From Candidatus Bathyarchaeia archaeon (GTDB lineage: Archaea > Thermoproteota > Bathyarchaeia > Bathyarchaeales > Bathycorpusculaceae), in NCBI GenBank assembly GCA_049516875.1, contig JBEKSS010000005.1, positions 1-64,000 of the forward strand: a stretch of DNA of 64,000 bases, read 5' to 3'. Shown here one piece after another: positions 1-9,890 of this stretch. The position numbers and the translations under genes are program-made. Below the pieces are notes generated by a model that was not told where the DNA came from, searched no databases, and saw only the letters and a list, made by a program, of their open reading frames with translations. Position 1 is the first letter of the stretch; every line of letters begins with the position of its first letter.

Positions 1-767
1 AGTCTGTGGATTTCAGTGGAGTGGAAAAATGGGAAGGAAGAGCTCAAGAAAAGAAAGAACAAGATACTGAGAGAAGATTAGATGCTTCTGAGTGTTATTG
101 CTCTACCTAACCTGATAAGCCTTATAGTGAGCCTCTGTATCCTTTGACTTCCTTCTCCTTGTTCTTTGGACTAATGTTAAAGCTTTTGGAGAATCATAAA
201 AGGAGCGATTGAGCAAAAGCGTATTAAATGGGAAACTATCACATTCCAGAATCAATGAGGGAAATAAATGAGAGATAGGAAAATGAACAAAGAAAAATCA
301 AGAAGCATGTTGATAGAGCAATGGAATCTAGTAGACAAGAACCTTTCGTTCAGAAATATCTGGCTAACGAACCAAAATGTCTGAAGTGTGGAAAGAGCGT
401 TTTTAAGGTTGAAAGAATGTCTCCAGAACAAGTTATGCTAACATGTCAAATACGTTGCACGTCGTCATTCTGAGACTTTTTGCCAAGGATCCGAAGGCTT
501 CTTTGAGTTCAACGGTAATAGCAGTTTAAGCACTCTGTGGCGTCAAGCATACAATTCGTCACTGCCCAATCCTTTTGTTCTAACGTTCGTGAACTGGGAC
601 CTTAACGGCATCCAGAATGTCGCTTATCTTGACAACATCACTGTAACCACGGTACCTACTCGATGATTCGCGTGTAAGGACAAAATCAGTACAAGACTAA
701 TTCATCGAATTCCTTTTGCCAAACCCGTGAAAACATTGTTACTGTGATGCCTGCCGAACGCACGATC

Positions 768-1076
768 TTATTGTTCCTTGTTCGTCATTTCGTTTATCTG
801 CTGTTCCATCGTGTGTCCGTGACAGTAAATTCGGGCTTTTTTTACGCCCGCAACTTTCAACGCAGCGTTTTTTATGTCTGTAGCCAGTTTGAAGGCTATT
901 GGACAGAAGGGGCTGGAAGGGATGAATTCAACCTTGAAAACGCCCGGTTGTTCTTCCTTGACATTAGTAATCATCTGCATCTCAGCAAAGCTCATTCCTG
1001 TTTCAGGATCAACCACTTGGCCCACGGCTTCTCGGACTTTATCTTCCAACTCTGTCAAGTTCAAGCACTTCCACAA
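768..1076 (-). CDS. DUF59 / Fe-S cluster assembly (MIP18/PaaD-like) protein
   Basis: V.DPE motif (VVDPETG) and SPFCP motif typical of DUF59; the true start may be a few codons downstream. Confidence 0.85.
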   Translation of the reverse strand: MWKCLNLTELEDKVREAVGQVVDPETGMSFAEMQMITNVKEEQPGVFKVEFIPSSPFCPIAFKLATDIKNAALKVAGVKKARIYCHGHTMEQQINEMTNKEQ

Positions 1077-1127
1077 GCACTATTTTGGATTAAAGCATGT
1101 TCACCGTATATAATTGTTGCGTGGATT

Positions 1128-2654
1128 TTAGGATGTTTCTTCCTTTTTTAGGTGCATGCGCCAGCTCAATGTCATCGTCCTGGGATGCGAGGCTTTGACC
1201 TCGTCCAGTCGTGAAACAGCGGTGTTGTGCGGCGCCGTCAAAACATTCTGCGGGTTTGTATACGCTTCTTCACAGGTTCTTCTCAGCGCCTCAACGAATC
1301 GGTCAAGTTCTTCCTTCTCGAACGTTTCCGTAGGCTCGATCATCAATGCTTCGTCGACAATGAGCGGAAAATAGATTGTAGGTGCGTGCAGGCCAAAGTC
1401 GAGCAAACGTTTTGCAATGTGCAAGGCTGAGACACCTGTGTCGTCTTTGAGTGTTTTTGCGCTGATGACGCACTCGTGTTTTCGTGGTTTCCTACTGTCG
1501 TACGGAAGCGTCAAACCCTTAACGTTCCCGAGCTTCTTCATCACATAGTTCGCATTCAGAACTGAAACTTCTGCCGCTTCTTTCAACCCTTCAAAACCCA
1601 TGCTCAACATGTAGACGTAAGCTCTCAACAGAACTGCAACATTTCCTTGGAAGCTTCGAATTTTTCCAATGCTGTGCGGCTTGTCATAGTCTAGGCGGTA
1701 GCGTTTTCCATCGAAGGCTACGCGCGGCACGGGTAGGAACTGAGCCAACTCTCTTGAAACGCCGACGGGACCTGCGCCAGGTCCACCTCCACCGTGAGGG
1801 GTGCCAAAAGTCTTGTGAATGTTTATGTGAACGATGTCAAAACCCATGTCGCCGGGCCTCGCCTTGCCCAAAAGAGGGTTAAGGTTTGCTCCGTCATAGT
1901 AGAGCAGGCCGCCAACTTCATGGATGACTTTGGCTATTTCTTCGATGTCCTTTTCGAAAATTCCAACAGTGTTGGGGTTGGTGAGCATTAGACCAGCCGT
2001 TTTTTCGGAGGCAACTGTCTTTAAGGCTTCTAAGTCGATGCAGCCGTCTGCTGCGGACGGGACAAAGATAACTTTGAAGCCGGCCATGGCCGCGCTCGCG
2101 GGGTTTGTGCCGTGGGCGGAGTCAGGAACGATTACTTCTGTTCTTTTGTCGCATTCTCCGGTTTTTTTGAGGCACGCGTGCATCAGCAAGGTGCCCAGAA
2201 ACTCGCCGTGGGCACCTGCAGCCGGATGCAAACACACTTCGAAAGTGCCTGTTATCTCGCCGAGCCAACGTTCGAGCTTGTAGAGGATTTCAAGTATCCC
2301 CTGTACTGTGCTTTCATCTTGGTATGGATGGACCAAGTTAAGCGTTGGCAGGCTTGCGAGGAATTCGTTTATCTTGGGGTTGTACTTCATGGTGCAGCTT
2401 CCGAGCGGATAGAGCCCTGAATCAGTCCCGTAATTCATCTCCGATAATCGTGTGAAGTGGCGTGTGACCTCTACCTCAGAGAGTTCGGGCAGATTGGGTT
2501 TTTGCATGCGCCGCATGTTCTCGGGAAGGAGTTTGTAAACGTTGCCAACGGCCCGTCGGACTTCATCTTCAGCATCTGGCAGAGAATGTCCTCTTCGTCC
2601 CTTGTTTCCAAGCTTGAAGATTACCGGTTCATCCCAGGCTGCCTGTCTGTACAT
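1128..2654 (-). CDS. gcvPB: Glycine dehydrogenase (decarboxylating) subunit 2
   Basis: YPLGSCTMKYNP, SAHGTNPASA, PLP lysine motif HINIHKTFGTPHGGGGPG; adjacent to gcvPA. Confidence 0.97.
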   Translation of the reverse strand: MYRQAAWDEPVIFKLGNKGRRGHSLPDAEDEVRRAVGNVYKLLPENMRRMQKPNLPELSEVEVTRHFTRLSEMNYGTDSGLYPLGSCTMKYNPKINEFLASLPTLNLVHPYQDESTVQGILEILYKLERWLGEITGTFEVCLHPAAGAHGEFLGTLLMHACLKKTGECDKRTEVIVPDSAHGTNPASAAMAGFKVIFVPSAADGCIDLEALKTVASEKTAGLMLTNPNTVGIFEKDIEEIAKVIHEVGGLLYYDGANLNPLLGKARPGDMGFDIVHINIHKTFGTPHGGGGPGAGPVGVSRELAQFLPVPRVAFDGKRYRLDYDKPHSIGKIRSFQGNVAVLLRAYVYMLSMGFEGLKEAAEVSVLNANYVMKKLGNVKGLTLPYDSRKPRKHECVISAKTLKDDTGVSALHIAKRLLDFGLHAPTIYFPLIVDEALMIEPTETFEKEELDRFVEALRRTCEEAYTNPQNVLTAPHNTAVSRLDEVKASHPRTMTLSWRMHLKKEETS

Positions 2655-2661
2655 TGTGTTT

Positions 2662-4071
2662 TCACCTTTCGCACAGAACCTCTTCCAGAGCTTCTCTCAA
2701 CCGTTCAATCTCTTGTTTGGAATGAATCTCCGTGACGCAGTAGAGGGCGGTCTGACCTAGCTCTGGTAACTCTTTTGAAATGTCTTTGCCCCCGTGAACC
2801 TGATGGCGCAAGAGTTTCCTGTTGACCTCTTCTGCCGTTAGGCCAGTTTTATCAAAGTTCACTGTAAATTCCTTGAAGTGGGCAGACTTGAAAATGGGGG
2901 TCTTGACCCCTTTTACGTTTGAGAGCAATTGCATTGCGTAGTTTGCCTTGTACATTATCGTTTCTCCAAGCTGGCGGAACCCTTCGGGTCCGAGCAGGGA
3001 CATGTAGACGGCTGAGGCTACGGCGCACAGGGCCTCGTTCGTGCAGATGTTTGATGTTGCTTTTTCGCGTCTGATGTGCTGTTCGCGAGTCTGCAGAGCC
3101 ATGCAGAATCCCTGTCTGCTGCTGTCCTGGGTTGATGTCAACCCGATTATTCTGCCGGGCATTTGTCGAATCAGGCTCATGTCGTCGCGGCAGGCCATGA
3201 TTCCCAACAATGGGCCGCCGAAGTTCATCCCGTTTCCAAGAGGCTGGGCTTCGCCGATGACGATGTCTGCGTCGTACTCGCCCGGTGGCTTGATGATTCC
3301 AAGCGATGTCGGGTCAACTCCAACGATGAGAAGTGAATCGTGAGAGTGAGCTTCTTCGCCTATTTCGTCCACCTGAGATTCAATGAAGCCCAGATAAGAC
3401 GGGTTTTCAACGTAAACTGCTGCCGTTTTATCGGATATCTTGTTTTTCAACTCGTCAAGGTCTAGTTGCCCATTTTCGGGGTTGTATCCGACCTGTTTGA
3501 CCGTGATTCCAGCGGGTTCAGCGTAGACTTGTAGCGTTGCAGCTCTTTCGGGATGGATGATTCTGGGAACCAGTATCTCATTCCGTCCTTTGACACGAGC
3601 TGCCATGCGGGCGGCTTCGCCCAGTGCGGAGGCCCAGTCGTACATCGAACAGTTCGAAACTTCCATGCTTATCAGTTCGCACATCATGCTCTGATATTCA
3701 AAAAGGGCTTGCAGCATGCCTTGGGAGACTTCAGGCTGGTAGGGGGTGTAGGAGGTGAGGAATTCGCTGCGGCCCACGATTTCCTGCACGACTGCGGGCA
3801 CGTAGTGGGGCCAGCATCCTGCCCCCAGGAATGTGGGCATGTCGTTGCACGACTTGTTTTTCGAAAGCAACGCTTCAACATGCCTTTTGACTTCAAACTC
3901 TGACAGGGCTCTTTCCGGCAGATTCAACGTTTTTTCCAAGCGGTATTTTTCTGGTACGTCCGCGTAGAGCTCATCCACGCTTTCTATGCCTAATTCCTGC
4001 ATCATTTCCCGTTTGGTGTCAGCCACCGAATTGGGAATGTATGGGTGACCACGCTTGTCCAAGAGTTTCAC
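2662..4071 (-). CDS. gcvPA: Glycine dehydrogenase (decarboxylating) subunit 1
   Basis: FLGAG, EFLTSYTPYQPEVSQG, LQTREQHIRREKATSNICTN motifs. Confidence 0.97.
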   Translation of the reverse strand: MKLLDKRGHPYIPNSVADTKREMMQELGIESVDELYADVPEKYRLEKTLNLPERALSEFEVKRHVEALLSKNKSCNDMPTFLGAGCWPHYVPAVVQEIVGRSEFLTSYTPYQPEVSQGMLQALFEYQSMMCELISMEVSNCSMYDWASALGEAARMAARVKGRNEILVPRIIHPERAATLQVYAEPAGITVKQVGYNPENGQLDLDELKNKISDKTAAVYVENPSYLGFIESQVDEIGEEAHSHDSLLIVGVDPTSLGIIKPPGEYDADIVIGEAQPLGNGMNFGGPLLGIMACRDDMSLIRQMPGRIIGLTSTQDSSRQGFCMALQTREQHIRREKATSNICTNEALCAVASAVYMSLLGPEGFRQLGETIMYKANYAMQLLSNVKGVKTPIFKSAHFKEFTVNFDKTGLTAEEVNRKLLRHQVHGGKDISKELPELGQTALYCVTEIHSKQEIERLREALEEVLCER

Positions 4072-4341
4072 CGCTAAGAATGTACACTAAATAACGTGGC
4101 TTCTTTAAGCTTTTTCAACCAGCGTCAATTCTCGCTACGTGAATACTGGTCACTCTTTCGAACTGTTATATGGGTTAATGCTATGGGTTAATACTGGATA
4201 CCTTTGGTTGTTACCATTCTCTTGAATGGTTGAGTCCTTTCACTAACAGATAGAACTGTGGAAGACCAGTTCATCGTGGGCTTGCCGTTCAAAAGAGAAT
4301 TCTGCTGTTCATTCCAGTTTTTGAAATCACAGAATGGTTCA

Positions 4342-4794
4342 TTATCCTGCGGCTGTTTTCTCATCAACAACCTTGCCGTCAAGCTCGAGCGTTGCAAGGT
4401 AGCTGAAAGTTTTCCCAACCGTGTCGTTCTTGTTCAAATCTATTACAGGCTTCTCTGTCCGCTCTTGTCCGCTGGGAATGCTCAGTAGGACAGTGGTAGT
4501 CCCCAGCTCGTTGCCATTGCCAAGAACCTTGACTACTAATGTCAAACCGCTTACATCGTTGTGACCTTGATTCGTAATATTCACAGTAAACGAATAGATC
4601 ATGTCATCAGGTGTCTCCCCGCCGCCTGTTTTGGCGAAATATGTTATTCTTACGATATTGGTTGTGGATTGCCAGTAGTAGACAATGAAGGCAACAGCGA
4701 CGATAGCGATTACAATGATGGCAACTGCCCTGTAGAGTCTCTTTCTGTTGATTGTCGCTTTGTGGTTCTGCTTTTCCTCTTCCACGCACTCCAC
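4342..4794 (-). CDS. Membrane-anchored protein with Ig/CARDB-like domain
   Basis: N-terminal TM helix (AVAIIVIAIVAVAFIVYYW) followed by a beta-rich domain (FTVNITNQG...IPSGQE). Confidence 0.65.
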   Translation of the reverse strand: MECVEEEKQNHKATINRKRLYRAVAIIVIAIVAVAFIVYYWQSTTNIVRITYFAKTGGGETPDDMIYSFTVNITNQGHNDVSGLTLVVKVLGNGNELGTTTVLLSIPSGQERTEKPVIDLNKNDTVGKTFSYLATLELDGKVVDEKTAAG

Positions 4795-5020
4795 AGAGTC
4801 ATACTTAGCCCCTCTAATTCTTATAGATTATGGAGAAGCCAACTACGCGCGCTATTATGTAGCCGTCTTTCGTGACACCGTGTTCACTTTGCCGTAACAC
4901 GTTATCCATTAACGTATTATAACGCATCATGACGTGGTGTCATGAGTTGTAACGTCCTCATAGAAAGAAAACAGAACTTATTTGATTCTCAAGGATTTGA
5001 TTTTATAAGTCTTAAATAGG

Positions 5021-5464
5021 ATGGTGCGCCATGTTTCTGTTGGTGAGTTGCTCTTGGGATATGACTATGAGGAGCTACTGAAGAGGGCGCGTTCCCAGTT
5101 TCCTGAGATAGGTGTCAAGAGCGAACGGTTGGAGATTCCCAGGTTGCACTATGCGAGGATAGGAATGCGCACAGTCATCTATAATTTCAAAGAAGTTGCT
5201 GATGCCTTGGATCGTGACCCGCAGCATATGCTGAAGTTTCTAACCGGTGAAATGGCGACGGCGGCGACCGTGCAGGGGTCAAGGGTTATTTTTCAGGGCA
5301 AGTTTTCAGAAGACACTTTTGGAAGGCTCATACAGAGGTACTTGGAGAGTTTCGTCGTGTGTCCGGTGTGCAAGCGTCCCGACACGAAGATAGTCAAAGA
5401 GAAGCGCCTGTCCTTTCTGGTATGTCAAGCGTGTGGAGCAAGATCGTCTATCAAGCAGCTTTAA
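5021..5464 (+). CDS. eif2b: Translation initiation factor 2 beta subunit
   Basis: YEELLKRA, NFKEVADALDRDPQH, zinc ribbon CPVCKRPDT...CQACGA; start may be TTG near 5054. Confidence 0.95.
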   Translation: MVRHVSVGELLLGYDYEELLKRARSQFPEIGVKSERLEIPRLHYARIGMRTVIYNFKEVADALDRDPQHMLKFLTGEMATAATVQGSRVIFQGKFSEDTFGRLIQRYLESFVVCPVCKRPDTKIVKEKRLSFLVCQACGARSSIKQL

Positions 5465-5477
5465 GAGAGTTTGAATA

Positions 5478-5774
5478 TTGGAAGCGTATATGAACCTCAA
5501 AAAAATCGGCGGAAACGTGTTGTTAGCTATATGCGACGTTGAAATCCTTGGGAGGACGTTGCGGGAGGGAAAGATAGTTTTCTGCGTCAAAGAAGACTTC
5601 TACAAGGGCGCAAGAGTCAACATCGAAGAAGCAGTGTCCATGATAGAAAACTCTACCATAGTGAACCTCGTGGGCAAGAACGTTGTTAAGAAGGCCATTG
5701 AGAAGGGCTACGTTCACCCAGAAGCAGTACTCAACATAGAAGGCATCCCCCACGCGCAAGTCGTGAAACTGTAG
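5478..5774 (+). CDS. DUF424 family protein
   Basis: LAICD.EILG, FYKG, NLVG, IPHAQ motifs; usual neighbour of aIF2-beta. Confidence 0.9.
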   Translation: MEAYMNLKKIGGNVLLAICDVEILGRTLREGKIVFCVKEDFYKGARVNIEEAVSMIENSTIVNLVGKNVVKKAIEKGYVHPEAVLNIEGIPHAQVVKL

Positions 5775-5986
5775 GATAAATGGTGATACTTCCACTTCTG
5801 TCTCCTGAAGATTATGCATCTCCAAAGTCGCAAACGTAGTGCACGCCCAGGCTTTTCTAAGAAGATTGTCTTAATGATCTGTCCATCGAGTTTTGACATT
5901 AGGGGAATAATGCAAAACATAATGAGCCTGAAACGGTGCGTTTAACCAATGCCAAAACACTGAAGTCCGAGCTGTGAAATGTTACC

Positions 5987-6037
5987 AGTTCAAATTATTT
6001 GTACAGGAAGTTCAAACTATTTGTACGCATGTACAAA
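5987..6037. promoter_or_regulatory. Putative operator: 18-bp direct repeat plus palindrome upstream of wHTH regulator
   Basis: AGTTCAAATTATTTGTAC (5987-6004) and AGTTCAAACTATTTGTAC (6009-6026); TTTGTAC-N4-GTACAAA (6020-6037). Confidence 0.5.
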
Positions 6038-6099
6038 AGCGTAGAATTATACTCTTCACTGACTTCTCATTTTCTTCGTGCTGAGAGAGGAGGCATAAC

Positions 6100-6441
6100 A
6101 TGAGTGTTCGGCGCAGGAAACGCGAAAGGGATAGAATAGCCATAGTTGCGGAAATTCTGGAAATGGCACGCGATGGAGTGTTGAAGAGCAATGTAATGTG
6201 GAGAGCAGGACTGAGTTACCTTATGCTGAATGAATACCTCGAGCTCATGATGAATACCAAATTGCTGGATAAAGTGTTGCTGAACAACAAAGTCGTGTTC
6301 AAGACAACCGATAGGGGCATGAAATTCTTGTACCACTCCCATGAAATCATGGAGTTACTGGAAACTGAAGATGATAAACGCAAGCCTTACAGAAGGATTC
6401 AACTTCTTCCAAATAGTCTGCCTTCGCAGTCTCTCCATTAA
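6100..6441 (+). CDS. Winged-helix transcriptional regulator (ArnR1-like/HTH_45)
   Basis: RDRIAIVAEILE...KSNVMWRAGLSY...YL..M....LL...FKTTDRG.KFL pattern. Confidence 0.85.
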   Translation: MSVRRRKRERDRIAIVAEILEMARDGVLKSNVMWRAGLSYLMLNEYLELMMNTKLLDKVLLNNKVVFKTTDRGMKFLYHSHEIMELLETEDDKRKPYRRIQLLPNSLPSQSLH

Positions 6442-6637
6442 GATCTAAAGTAAGGCCAAGCTTTCAATATGCACATATATGATGTGAGCATGGACTTTGT
6501 CTCAGTCTTGGCGTTGACCGCCACTGACTTCTTAGTGATAAGACAGATACTTCCCCTAACCTTACCTTGTCTTCGTAAACATAGTTTTAAAAGGAAGAAG
6601 TATACTTCTTTTACGCGACTGCGTCTGAGGTGCTTGA

Positions 6638-6943
6638 TTGGGTAAGAAAAAGGTGTTGAGCGAAGGAGAGCTGAACCAGTTAATGGTTCCCTCTGCAAAC
6701 GATATTTTGGGTGTAGCAATAAAGTTGCTTGGTTTTGACCGTGTTCTTGTCAAGTGTCAGGATGGTAAAGAGCGTTTGTGCCGCATTCGTGGCAAGATGA
6801 AGAGGCGGGTTTGGATACGTGAAGGAGACGTGGTTTTAGTGTCGCCATGGGATTTTCAGACTGACAAGCGTGGAGATATTTTCTGGCGTTACACAAGAGC
6901 GCAGGCAGAAATGCTTCGCAAGAAGGGTTACATCACAATATAG
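6638..6943 (+). CDS. eif1a: Translation initiation factor 1A (aIF-1A)
   Basis: CQDGKERLCRIRGKMKRRVWIREGDVVLVSPWDFQ...GDIFWRYT. Confidence 0.97.
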   Translation: MGKKKVLSEGELNQLMVPSANDILGVAIKLLGFDRVLVKCQDGKERLCRIRGKMKRRVWIREGDVVLVSPWDFQTDKRGDIFWRYTRAQAEMLRKKGYITI

Positions 6944-6974
6944 TCTTTCGCCGACAAAAAGTGAGGCGAGCTTG

Positions 6975-7112
6975 ATGAGTTTTCGTAAGCACGTGGATCA
7001 GAGGCTTTTAAAGAAGGAGAAGGGTTACGGGACTGACCAGTTGATGAAGGAGAAGAGAAGCGAGGAGTACGAGGTTCTTGAAGAGGTTTTCGACGTGAAT
7101 GAGCGGTTTTAG
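6975..7112 (+). pseudogene. Truncated 5' fragment of a RIO1 kinase gene
   Basis: MSFRKHVDQRLLKKEKGY...EVLEEVFD resembles the Rio1 N-terminus at 8244 (…RAVLEEVFD); 18 identical bp GGTTCTTGAAGAGGTTTT at 7073-7090 and 8354-8371; similarity stops right after. Confidence 0.75.
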
Positions 7113-8243
7113 CGTTGTCAAGCGTAAAAGTACGATTTTCAACGAGCCCGTTCTATGACGCATTTGCCATTTGGAGCGCGCGCTAATGTGGTAAAGACTG
7201 TACTAAAAGCAATTGGGAACTTTGATATTTTAGTTAAAGTTATTTCAAAGAAGTTTCAGACTGAAGGGAATTATCCGCATGAAAAATACCCAATGGCTAA
7301 TTATTGGGCCTGGATCCAAAGTATAAAAACTGTAACAGTCCTAAAGCCAGTAGTTAAGCAGGAAAACCTCCAAAGGCTCGGTGATAAAGAGAGGTTTGGC
7401 TTCCTCTTTGGCTACTTCCTTTCTTAATGACCCTTGATGTTGCTGGGCACCTGAATCTTAACTACTAACAAAGGTGAATAGTATGAAACTGTCTGAAATA
7501 CGTTGTCCCTTGCTAAATGCACCCCGAAACAGACCGAACCAAGGTAGTCCGTCCCTTTCTATGGTAGGTTTAGGTGGTGGATGTTACGTAGGGGCATCCA
7601 CACCTTGACGGTCAGAGTTGTTACTTGTTGACGTTTAAGCCCAAATTGAGATTTTTTATCTTAGGTCAGACTATGTTGAAGCCCTTTTTGGCAAAATCAA
7701 ACCTTACGGAATTAGCGTAATTGCTAACATTCTCGATAGCTCTTGGAGAAAGAACCATGTGCGCGCGTTCTTGGGGCCATCATCGCATCAGGAATCATAA
7801 CTTTTTACTTCCTAAAAATAAAGAAAAGCCCCTTGGAGTCTGAAGTAGTTTCGACTTTTTCTATTTAACCAATTAGTTAACTTAGAAGGCACTTTAAGAA
7901 ATGAAGGACAAAGAGCAAGGCAAAACTTTAGCTTGTCAAAATTATTGTTAGGATGAATTAACTAATCAGTGGTGGTGAAGGCGGTGTGGTCGGTAGCGCG
8001 CGCGAAAGGCAGTTTCGAGAAATTGTAGGCAACGGAATGGCTGTCTTCATCAGGAAGTTTACAAACGTAAAGTCTGTATACAGAAGCATCAACGAAACAC
8101 ACTAAAAATGGGGGATGCGCGGAAGACATCCCCATTCGAACGCAAGTACCTCACCCCGCCCACTATTTAATGACCTCATAGGCTTTTCCCATCAATATTA
8201 TATAAACCAAGAGCGGTAATATCAAAGAGAGAAAAAGGGGAAT

Positions 8244-9053
8244 TTGATGAGCAGGCAGCGAGCGCAGAGAGCTGAAGATAAGCTAACGAGGAAAGAGCAG
8301 GCCTACGAGCGCGATCAGAAGATGCTAACCAAAGATTTTTCATCCGATAGAGCGGTTCTTGAAGAGGTTTTTGATCGTTCGACGTTGATGGTAGTGTACG
8401 ACTTCATGAATAAGGGTGTGATCGACGAGATTCACGGCGTTGTGAGAGCTGGGAAAGAGTCTCGCGTCTACTGGGGAAGAAACAGAGAAGGCAAGGAGTT
8501 AGCGATCAAAATCTACTTGGTCGTTTCGGCAGAATTTCGCAAGGGCCTTGTGAAGTATATCGAGGGGGACCCGCGGTTCAAAGGCGTGAAGCATGACACC
8601 CGTTCGCTGATATTCGCGTGGGCCCAGAAGGAGTTCAAGAATCTGGAGCTTGCCGCTCGTGCTGGAGTGAGGGTGCCAAGAGCGATTGCCGTGAAGAACA
8701 ACGTGCTCATCATGGAGTTCATCGGCGAAAACGGGGAGGGCGCGCCTTCGCTGAAGGAAAAAACCCCGAAAAACCCGGAGAAAATCTACGAGACGCTTTT
8801 GGTTTACTTGCAGAGACTTTACCGCAAGGCTGAGCTCGTCCACGGGGACGTAAGCGAGTACAACATTATGGTGTGGAGGGGGCGGCCGGTTCTGTTTGAC
8901 GTGTCGCAGGCTGTTCTGCTCGTTCATCCCATGGCAGATTTTCTTTTGCGAAGAGACTTGACCAACCTGAACAGGTATTTCGGCCGCCTAGGCGTTAAGG
9001 TTCCTTCGGTTGACGAAAGCTACAAGAGGGTTACGGGCCGTGGCGAGAACTAA
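8244..9053 (+). CDS. rio1: RIO1 serine/threonine kinase
   Basis: GKESRVY, AIKIY, WAQKEFKNL, LVHGDVSEYNI, FDVSQAV motifs; context between aIF1A and KH protein. Confidence 0.96.
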   Translation: MMSRQRAQRAEDKLTRKEQAYERDQKMLTKDFSSDRAVLEEVFDRSTLMVVYDFMNKGVIDEIHGVVRAGKESRVYWGRNREGKELAIKIYLVVSAEFRKGLVKYIEGDPRFKGVKHDTRSLIFAWAQKEFKNLELAARAGVRVPRAIAVKNNVLIMEFIGENGEGAPSLKEKTPKNPEKIYETLLVYLQRLYRKAELVHGDVSEYNIMVWRGRPVLFDVSQAVLLVHPMADFLLRRDLTNLNRYFGRLGVKVPSVDESYKRVTGRGEN

Positions 9054-9621
9054 CACGTTTCTGAAGATTCCGAGGGAACGCGTGGGCGTACTAATCGGAC
9101 CAGAAGGGAAAACAAAGAAGCACGTTGAAGAGAAACTCAAGGTGGAACTTCAAATCGACAGCGAAGCCGGAGACGTCATAATCACGATGGCAGAGAACGC
9201 CGATGATCCTTCAACGCTTTTCAAGGCCAAGGATCTGGTGACAGCCATTGGAAGAGGTTTTTCCCCCGAGCATGCTTTCCGGTTAGTGCGCGACGAAGAG
9301 GCCGTGCTCGACGTGATAGACTTGCGCAGCGCCTTTGGCAAGTCTGAAGCTGACATCAAAAGAGTTCAGGGACGAATAATCGGAATGAACGGTAAGACTC
9401 GTCGAATAATCGAGGAACTGACGGACACGAACGTGTCAGTTTATGGTCACACGGTGAGCATCATTGGATCGGTCGAACAGGTTCAGATTGCTAGGGACGC
9501 AATAGAAATGCTGGTCAAAGGCAGCATGCACGGCACCGTTTACAGGTTCTTGCACAGAAAAAGGAGAGAACTCAAAAAGAAAAAGCTTGAACTCTGGGAG
9601 AAGCCGCCCAAAGAAAAGTAA
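9040..9621 (+). CDS. KH-domain rRNA processing protein (Dim2/Pno1/Krr1-like)
   Basis: RVGVLIGPEG and GRIIGMNGKTRRIIEELT KH motifs, AIGRGFSPE; GTG start at 9040 overlaps the rio1 end. Confidence 0.93.
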   Translation: MARTNTFLKIPRERVGVLIGPEGKTKKHVEEKLKVELQIDSEAGDVIITMAENADDPSTLFKAKDLVTAIGRGFSPEHAFRLVRDEEAVLDVIDLRSAFGKSEADIKRVQGRIIGMNGKTRRIIEELTDTNVSVYGHTVSIIGSVEQVQIARDAIEMLVKGSMHGTVYRFLHRKRRELKKKKLELWEKPPKEK

Positions 9622-9757
9622 CATTAACCAGCTCGTTTCGCCGTCGCAATGCGTAAGCCACACTGGATGAAGGTATAATCATACCTTCTGTTACCCCAAA
9701 AATGTTCTCGTATACAATAGCATCAACAGATTCGATATTGCCACCAGCTTTGAAAGG

Positions 9758-9823
9758 GCGGGCTCGCGCACTCAAGATCACAATCATTCTGGTTTCATGG
9801 GGGCCAGAGTCGTCATCGCCCGC
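9758..9823 (-). ncRNA. Candidate box C/D sRNA
   Basis: Minus strand: GCGGGC stem, ATGACGA (C), ATGA (D'), ATGATTG (C'), degenerate D (GCGA), GCCCGC stem; BRE/TATA-like AAACCTTTTAT about 25 nt upstream. Confidence 0.4.
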
Positions 9824-9890
9824 TATGCAAGAGTGGGAGGGGGCTCGGATAAAAGGTTTATACGTGCCATGATAGGTGTATTGAAACGTC

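Noticed and set aside
1-740. Fragmentary zinc-ribbon-like reading frame near 280-470
   Set aside because: Interrupted, with no clear start; cannot be supported as a gene
7155-7427. 90-aa ORF inside the rio1 insertion
   Set aside because: No family recognisable; probably a relic fragment
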